Part shown: piece by piece, positions 58,361-64,000 of the stretch
How the letters are laid out: each line of letters starts with the position of its first letter
Numbering within the stretch: the first letter of the stretch is position 1
Source of the DNA: a bacterium
Lineage (GTDB): Bacteria; Sysuimicrobiota; Sysuimicrobiia; Sysuimicrobiales; Humicultoraceae
Assembly (NCBI GenBank): GCA_031082185.1
Contig: JAVHLI010000004.1
Location: 11,608 to 75,607, forward strand
Direction: 5' to 3'
DNA length: 64,000 nt
The notes under the pieces: model-generated
The model's input: the letters and a program-made list of their open reading frames with translations, nothing else
Told to the model about the DNA's origin: nothing
The model's database searches: none
Translations under genes and position numbers: made by a program

Positions 58361-59980
58361 CTACTGCGTTCCCGCGACCCAGCGGTAGGTCTGGAAGTCG
58401 AACAGGCCCGAGGCATCGAACAGGACGTTGACCATGCGCTTCGTGACGGCCGTCCGGGCATTCGCGTAGTACAGTGTGACCACCGGCAACTCGTCCGCGA
58501 AGACCTCCTGGAACCGATCGTACACGGCGCGCCGCTTGGTGGGATCCGCGGTCTTCACGCCCTCGTCGAGAACCTGATCCATCAGCGCGATCGAGTGGTG
58601 GCTGAGGTTGTACTGACCGCCGGTGCGATACTGCGAGGAGACGTCAGGATCGGTGGGACCTGCCCATCCCATCAGGCCCAGATCGTAGTTGCCCGCTCGC
58701 ACTGCGGCCATGTGCGTTGGGAAGTCGGCCTTCTGGATCTCCGCCTTGACGCCCGCGGCTATGAGGTTTTCCCGGATGATGTCGGCCGAACGCTCACGTA
58801 TGATGTTGCCGGTCGGCACCCGCAGGATGACGGTCCTGTTGAAGTCCCACCCGGCCTCCGTCAGCAAGGCACGGGCCCGGGCGGTGTCAAAGGGCCACGG
58901 CCGCACCTTCTTGTTGAAGTAGGGGTTGGCCGGCGGAATAGGCCCCTCGGCCAGCTCTCCCTCGCCCTTGAGCAACTGGCTGACCATCAGTGGCCGGTTG
59001 ACGGCATGGGCAAACGCGCGACGCACGCGCTTGTCCTGCAGGTACGGCCTCTGGAAGTTAAACAGCATGTACTGGTAGCCAGGGGCCGGGAAAGAGACGG
59101 CGCGGACGTGAGCCATACCCTTCACGCGGTCCCAGTCCTCGATCATGACCTCGCCGATGCCGAACCCGGCGCTGACGTCGAGGTCGCCCCGCTCAATTTG
59201 CGCAAGCATCGTCGCGGGCGGAATGATGCGCACGAAGACGCGGCGCACGTTTGGAGCGCCCAGGTGGTAGTTCTCGTTCAGCAGGAACTCGACAAACTGG
59301 TCGGTCTTGTACTGCACAAACTTGTAGGGGCCGTTTCCCACGGTCGGATTGTGGAAGAACGGATGCCGGGCGAGCTGGTCGGGCGGCACCTCGCCCAGGA
59401 CGTGCTTGGGCAGAATGTAGACGTTGGCTCCGAACATCTCCAGGAACATGATCGGGTCCACCGGCGTGGTGGTCTTGATCTCAAACTTCTTGGGCTCCAG
59501 GATCCGGAAGCCCAACTGCGCGCCTGCCGCACGCTTCCCCCGCGCGTCCAAGCCGGCGACGGAGGCGATCTGGGCGCCCCGGTTGGTCTCGGTCCTGGGA
59601 TCACTGATGGTCATGAGGGTGAACAGCACGTCCTCGGCGGTGACGGGCTTGCCGTCGTGCCAGGCGGCCCGCGGGTGAATCGTGAAGGTGTAGGTCTGGT
59701 TGTCTGCCCCGATCTCCCACCTGCTGGCGAGGGCCGGGAAGAACTTCATCTGGTTGTTCTCCACCCGCGCTTCAACCATGCCCATGAACATGAAGCGGAC
59801 GCAGTAGAACCCGTAGGAGCTGTCGGTGTTGATGGGGTTGAAGTTGTTGGGCGGGCTCCACATACCTGCCACGGCAACGAACTCCGACTTGGGACCGCCC
59901 CAGACCCCTGCGGGCAGCAACAGGCCGGCAATGAGGACGATTGCGATGGCACCGGTCAACCTGGCGCGCAAACCTTTCAT
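58361..59980 (-). CDS. Peptide ABC transporter substrate-binding protein (family 5)
   Basis: Signal peptide; PALASRW, WHDGKPVTAEDV, GNGPYKF and DKRVRRA motifs. Confidence 0.92.
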   Translation of the reverse strand: MKGLRARLTGAIAIVLIAGLLLPAGVWGGPKSEFVAVAGMWSPPNNFNPINTDSSYGFYCVRFMFMGMVEARVENNQMKFFPALASRWEIGADNQTYTFTIHPRAAWHDGKPVTAEDVLFTLMTISDPRTETNRGAQIASVAGLDARGKRAAGAQLGFRILEPKKFEIKTTTPVDPIMFLEMFGANVYILPKHVLGEVPPDQLARHPFFHNPTVGNGPYKFVQYKTDQFVEFLLNENYHLGAPNVRRVFVRIIPPATMLAQIERGDLDVSAGFGIGEVMIEDWDRVKGMAHVRAVSFPAPGYQYMLFNFQRPYLQDKRVRRAFAHAVNRPLMVSQLLKGEGELAEGPIPPANPYFNKKVRPWPFDTARARALLTEAGWDFNRTVILRVPTGNIIRERSADIIRENLIAAGVKAEIQKADFPTHMAAVRAGNYDLGLMGWAGPTDPDVSSQYRTGGQYNLSHHSIALMDQVLDEGVKTADPTKRRAVYDRFQEVFADELPVVTLYYANARTAVTKRMVNVLFDASGLFDFQTYRWVAGTQ

Positions 59981-60044
59981 CCTTTTCCCTCCCCGGTAGA
60001 GCGTGTCGCGGAATTCCATATCCATAAATGTTACCCTAGTCTAC

Positions 60045-60920
60045 TCATAGTTTCAAGCTGGGGTCGAGCGCGTCGCGCAGGCCGTCGCCCACGAAGTTAA
60101 TCGTCAGCACCGAGATGAGTATCATGAACCCCGGCGGCACCCAAAGCCAGGGCATCTGCTCCAGCACCGTGAGCGACTGCGCGTCGGTAAGCATGTTGCC
60201 CCAGGAGGGCGTGGGCGGCTGCACCCCCATCCCCAGGAAGGACAGCGCCGCCTCCACCAGGATGGCATTGGCCGTCCCGAACGTTGCGGCCACCAGCACC
60301 GGGGCCATCGCGTTGGGAAGCAGGTGGCGCATCACGACCGCGGGATCCGACGCGCCGATTGCGCGGGCCGCCTGCACGAACTCCTGATGGCGTAGCGCCA
60401 GCACCTGGCCGCGTACCAGGCGGGCCACGGCAGGCCACCCCAGCAGACCCAGCACGATGATGACGTTCCACAGACTCGGCCTGCCGAAGACGCTTACCGC
60501 GAACAGAATGATAATGAGCGGCGGGAACGAGAGCATGATGTCCATGATCCGGCTCAGTACCAGATCCACGGCTCCACCGTAGTATCCGGCAATCGCGCCC
60601 ACGGAAGTACCAATGAGGACGTACATCGTGACGGCCAAGATCCCTACGCTCAGAGAGACGCGCGCAGCGTAGATCAGGCGGCTCAGCACGTCGCGGCCGA
60701 CGCTGTCGGTGCCCAGGAGATGCACGGAGGAAGGCCGCCCCTGGAAGATGGCAGCATCAATCGTTGTCGGGCTGTGCGGCGCCAGCAACGGCGCGGCCAC
60801 CGCCATGATGGCGAGCATTCCCAGCGCGACGATCCCGACAACCGCAAGCCGGTGGCGTATAAATCGACGGAAGGCCAGCGACCAGAAGGAGGCGGTCCGA
60901 GAGGGGGCCCACTCACTCAT
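60045..60920 (-). CDS. Peptide ABC transporter permease (OppC type)
   Basis: LGTDSVGRD, EFVQAARAIG, EAALSFLG and GDGLRDALDP motifs. Confidence 0.92.
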   Translation of the reverse strand: MSEWAPSRTASFWSLAFRRFIRHRLAVVGIVALGMLAIMAVAAPLLAPHSPTTIDAAIFQGRPSSVHLLGTDSVGRDVLSRLIYAARVSLSVGILAVTMYVLIGTSVGAIAGYYGGAVDLVLSRIMDIMLSFPPLIIILFAVSVFGRPSLWNVIIVLGLLGWPAVARLVRGQVLALRHQEFVQAARAIGASDPAVVMRHLLPNAMAPVLVAATFGTANAILVEAALSFLGMGVQPPTPSWGNMLTDAQSLTVLEQMPWLWVPPGFMILISVLTINFVGDGLRDALDPSLKL

Positions 60921-61863
60921 AGCGGATACGCGGGTCAACCAACGAGTATGTGATGTCGGCCAGCAGGTTGCCCAGCGTCACCAGCAGCGCGGTGATCAAG
61001 GTTATCCCCATCAGCACCGGGTAGTCACGCTGGTTGATCGCCTCGATGGTGAGACGTCCCATGCCCGGCCATTCGAAGATCTGCTCGGTGATTACGGCGC
61101 CGCCCAGCAGCGCCGGGATCTGCAGCCCGGCGAGCGTGACGACCGGGATCAGGGCGTTGCGCAGCGCGTGCCGCCGGAGAACGGTGGCCTCGGCGAGTCC
61201 CTTGGCTCGGGCGGTTCGAACGAAGTCCTGCCCCAGCACCTCCAGCATGCTCGACCGCACGTACCGGGTAAGGGCGCCTGCCCCGGCCACGGCCAGGACC
61301 GAGGCGGGCAGGATCAGGTGCAGGAGCAGGTCGAGCAGTCCTCCGTCGCCGCCGAGGGTCATCGTACCGCCCACGGGCAGCCACCGGAGCCGCAGTGCAA
61401 ACACGTAGATGCCGACCAGCCCCAGGAAGAAGGTGGGCAGACTGATGCCCAGGAAGGCGAGGAAGGTAGCCGCGTAGTCAATCCACGTGTACCGCCGCGT
61501 GGCTACCACCACCCCAATGGGAACCGCGATTAAGTACGAAAGGAGCAGCGAGGTAACGGTCAGCGTGAGTGTGGGCGCCACCCGCTCGCCAACCCTCTTC
61601 GTGACCGGCGCGCCCGTGCTGTAAGAGTACCCTAGGTTGCCGTGGACCAGCTCGTTGAGCCACTTCGCGTAGCGCACGTAGACCGGCTGGTCAAGACCCA
61701 AGGCGCGCCGCTTGATCTCGACGTCGGCCTGGCTCATGCCGGGATTGACCAACATCTGCACCGGGTCGCCGGGCGTCAGCGACATGATGAAGTAGCTCAT
61801 CACCGTGATCCCGAACAGGATGGGGATGGTGACAAGCGCGCGGCGGATCAAGTAACGCTGCAT
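60913..61863 (-). CDS. Peptide ABC transporter permease (OppB type)
   Basis: PGDP, GNLGYS, DFVRTARAKGL, RDYP and DPRIRY motifs. Confidence 0.92.
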   Translation of the reverse strand: MQRYLIRRALVTIPILFGITVMSYFIMSLTPGDPVQMLVNPGMSQADVEIKRRALGLDQPVYVRYAKWLNELVHGNLGYSYSTGAPVTKRVGERVAPTLTLTVTSLLLSYLIAVPIGVVVATRRYTWIDYAATFLAFLGISLPTFFLGLVGIYVFALRLRWLPVGGTMTLGGDGGLLDLLLHLILPASVLAVAGAGALTRYVRSSMLEVLGQDFVRTARAKGLAEATVLRRHALRNALIPVVTLAGLQIPALLGGAVITEQIFEWPGMGRLTIEAINQRDYPVLMGITLITALLVTLGNLLADITYSLVDPRIRYE

Positions 61864-61900
61864 GATCAGTGATGATTCTTGCGTGGCGCCGCGAACCCCT

Positions 61901-61968
61901 CCCCGGGCACCTCAGATCCCTGCGCGCCTCAGATCCCTGCGCACCCAAGATCCCCGGGCGCCTCAGAG
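61901..61968. repeat. Four tandem 17-bp repeats in a divergent intergenic region
   Basis: ccccgggcacctcagat / ccctgcgcgcctcagat / ccctgcgcacccaagat / ccccgggcgcctcagag. Confidence 0.8.
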
Positions 61969-62000
61969 GGGTCATCCGGCGGGCCGCCGAACTCCGCCGC

Positions 62001-62981
62001 ATGGACATCGCGCGGACCGACACAGCAGGCAGGCCGGAGGTTCGGCTCTCGTTCAGCGGCGACGGCGGAACCCTCTTCGGGATTCACATCATCAACCTGC
62101 TCTTAGGCATCGTTACCCTGGGGATCTACTACTTCTGGGGCAAGGTCAGGGTGCAGCGGTTTCTTCACAGCCAGATGGAGTTCGACGGAGACCGGTTCGC
62201 CTATCACGGCACTGGCGTCGAACTGCTGGTCGGATTCCTCAAGACGCTGGGGCTGGTCGTGCTGGGCATGATCGGCCTGGCCCTGCTCCAGCTCTTTGGA
62301 GCACGCCCCGAGACCGTCTCCGTGGCCACGCTCCTGATCTACCCGGTCCTGCTCGTGGTGATACCGGTGGCCATCGCCGGTTCACGGCGGTACCGTCTGA
62401 GCCGTGCATCGTGGCGGGGCATCCGGTTTTCGTTCCGCGGACAGACAGGTGCGTTCGTCAAGATGTTCGTCTCAGGGGCGCTGCTGACCGTGATCACCTT
62501 CGGCCTGTACTACCCGTTCTTCTACAACAACATGTGGCGGCTTCTGATAAGCAACACCTACTACGGGACCGTGCGGTTCGAGTTCGACGGGAGCGGCGCC
62601 GACCTGTTCGGCAGTTTCCTCCTGGCAGTCGTGCTGACACCGCTGACCCTCGGCCTCTACTGGTTCTGGTTTACCGCGCATCGGCAGCGGTACATGTGGA
62701 CGCGTACCTCGTTTGCGGCCGCGCGGTTCCGCTGCACCGTGACAGGGGGCCGGCTGTTCCGGCTCACGCTGGGCAACGGGCTGTTGCTGTTCATAACCCT
62801 GGGGCTGGCGTTCCCCTGGGTGCAGGCCCGCAACATCCGGTTCCTGTGCGGCACTCTCGCCGTCGAGGGCCTGCCGGAGATGGACGCGATCCGGCAGGAA
62901 GCCCAGGCGGCTTCGCCGACAGGTGAGGCGATCGCCGACTTCCTGGGTCTCGACTTCCCCGGCCTGGCCCCGGGCTGGTAG
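62001..62981 (+). CDS. DUF898/YjgN family membrane protein
   Basis: F.G.G, NLLL..VTLGIY..W.KVR, F.YHGTG.EL and repeated TLGLY motifs. Confidence 0.9.
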   Translation: MDIARTDTAGRPEVRLSFSGDGGTLFGIHIINLLLGIVTLGIYYFWGKVRVQRFLHSQMEFDGDRFAYHGTGVELLVGFLKTLGLVVLGMIGLALLQLFGARPETVSVATLLIYPVLLVVIPVAIAGSRRYRLSRASWRGIRFSFRGQTGAFVKMFVSGALLTVITFGLYYPFFYNNMWRLLISNTYYGTVRFEFDGSGADLFGSFLLAVVLTPLTLGLYWFWFTAHRQRYMWTRTSFAAARFRCTVTGGRLFRLTLGNGLLLFITLGLAFPWVQARNIRFLCGTLAVEGLPEMDAIRQEAQAASPTGEAIADFLGLDFPGLAPGW

Positions 62982-63001
62982 GAGCCGCGGCACCACCGCC
63001 G

Positions 63002-64000
63002 ATGAGGACGCGCCTGAGCACGACGTGGCCGGGCTCCTACTACGATGGCAGGACCGCTAACCGCAGGCCGGTCACCATCACGGTTATGGCCACGGGCCTG
63101 CGCCTTGTCACCGAGGAGGGCACGTTCCTCTGGTGGCCGTATGAACAACTCCATCTGGCACAGGGCGCGCTGCCCGGGGAGCAGACCAGGATCGAACGGG
63201 GATCGGCGCCCTCCGAAACGCTCGTGGTCTCCGATGAAACATTCCTCTCCGCGATCCGCGAAGGAGCACCGGCGGCAGGTCGGCACCTCCTCCCTGCGTT
63301 CAGACGGCGGCACTGGGCCGGCGTGGTCCTGCTGGCCGGAGCCGGGGTCATCGTCGCCGGGTTAGCCGTCTACTTGTGGGGCATTCCTGCGCTGGCCGAC
63401 CTGGCCGCCGGGCAAATGCCACCGGCCTGGGAGGAACGGCTGGGCCAGGCAGCGCTGGAGTCCCTGGCGCCTCCTGAGCACCGGTGCGCAGATACGGAGC
63501 GCGACGCCGCCCTCAGCGAGATCGTGGCCAGGCTGGCCGCGGCAGGTCCTGGGAGCGCCTACACCTTCCGGATCACCGTGCTGGACCAGCCCGCGGTCAA
63601 CGCCTTCGCGGCGCCCGGAGGACACCTGATCGTCCACCTGGGGCTGTTGGCGGCGACGCAGACACCCGCGGAGCTGGCCGGGGTGCTGGCCCACGAGATG
63701 CAGCACGTCCTGCACCGCCACGGCACGAAGGCGCTGTTTCGGGAGGTCTCGATGAGGGTGCTGCTGAGTCTGGTGGTGGGCGACGCCGGTGGGCTGAGCC
63801 AGGCCCTGGAAACAGCCGGAACACTGGGCCAACTGCGCTACCGGCGCCAAGACGAGGAGACCGCGGACCGCGACGGCATGAACCTGATCCAGGCGGCGCG
63901 CATTGATCCCCATGGGATGATCAGCTTTCTGCGCCGGCTCAGCAGGGAGGAATCCGGCGCGCCCCGCAGCCTGGCCTACCTGTCAACGCACCCGCTGACC
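63002..64000 (+). CDS. M48 family zinc metallopeptidase, runs off the right edge
   Basis: Read by hand from ATG 63002: GSYYDGR N-terminus, a TM helix, VNAFAAPGG, LAHEMQH, E..AD and YLSTHP; typical DUF898 partner. Confidence 0.9.
   Translation, partial: MRTRLSTTWPGSYYDGRTANRRPVTITVMATGLRLVTEEGTFLWWPYEQLHLAQGALPGEQTRIERGSAPSETLVVSDETFLSAIREGAPAAGRHLLPAFRRRHWAGVVLLAGAGVIVAGLAVYLWGIPALADLAAGQMPPAWEERLGQAALESLAPPEHRCADTERDAALSEIVARLAAAGPGSAYTFRITVLDQPAVNAFAAPGGHLIVHLGLLAATQTPAELAGVLAHEMQHVLHRHGTKALFREVSMRVLLSLVVGDAGGLSQALETAGTLGQLRYRRQDEETADRDGMNLIQAARIDPHGMISFLRRLSREESGAPRSLAYLSTHPLT

Noticed and set aside
28260..60100. Long antisense ORFs (28260..29714, 33055..34254, 45541..47358, 56709..58190, 58595..60100 and similar)
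   Set aside because: Shadow frames of well-supported genes in high-GC DNA, without family motifs.
61901..61968. CRISPR array
   Set aside because: Repeats are 17 bp, directly adjacent with no spacers, and no cas genes are present.

Overview
GC-rich bacterial chromosomal segment, mostly housekeeping, with about 62 CDS. No rRNA, tRNA, CRISPR array, integrase or transposase was recognised. From left to right: (1) an M20/M20/GNAT/NSAR-OSBS cluster resembling the D-amino-acid succinylation-racemisation pathway; (2) UPF0182, SufT-like protein, a HEPN-MNT toxin-antitoxin pair, an MFS transporter, pth and rplY; (3) an MBL hydrolase / XPB-like helicase / DUF790 (Bax1-like) nuclease / ribokinase run; (4) a phosphate locus; (5) a DEAD-box helicase that appears to start at AUU; (6) glnA and a PlsY-like/acyl-ACP-reductase-like fusion; (7) a Firmicutes-like rho-rpmE-tdk-prfA-prmC-rpiB-glyA-upp block with glyA inverted; (8) argS and a peptidoglycan-recycling operon; (9) mazEF and a second peptide ABC operon; (10) DUF898 plus an M48 protease. 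The best candidate for an undescribed system is the phosphate locus (about 17986-24553). There a DUF47/PhoU-fold domain is fused directly to an OmpR/PhoB winged-helix with no receiver domain. It sits next to four 11-bp-period PHO-box-like repeats that precede pstSCAB-phoU. The operon continues into an arsenate reductase whose catalytic Cys codon is TGA followed by a SECIS-like hairpin (probable selenoprotein), and then ppa. All family assignments come from motif recognition by eye; no database searches were run.
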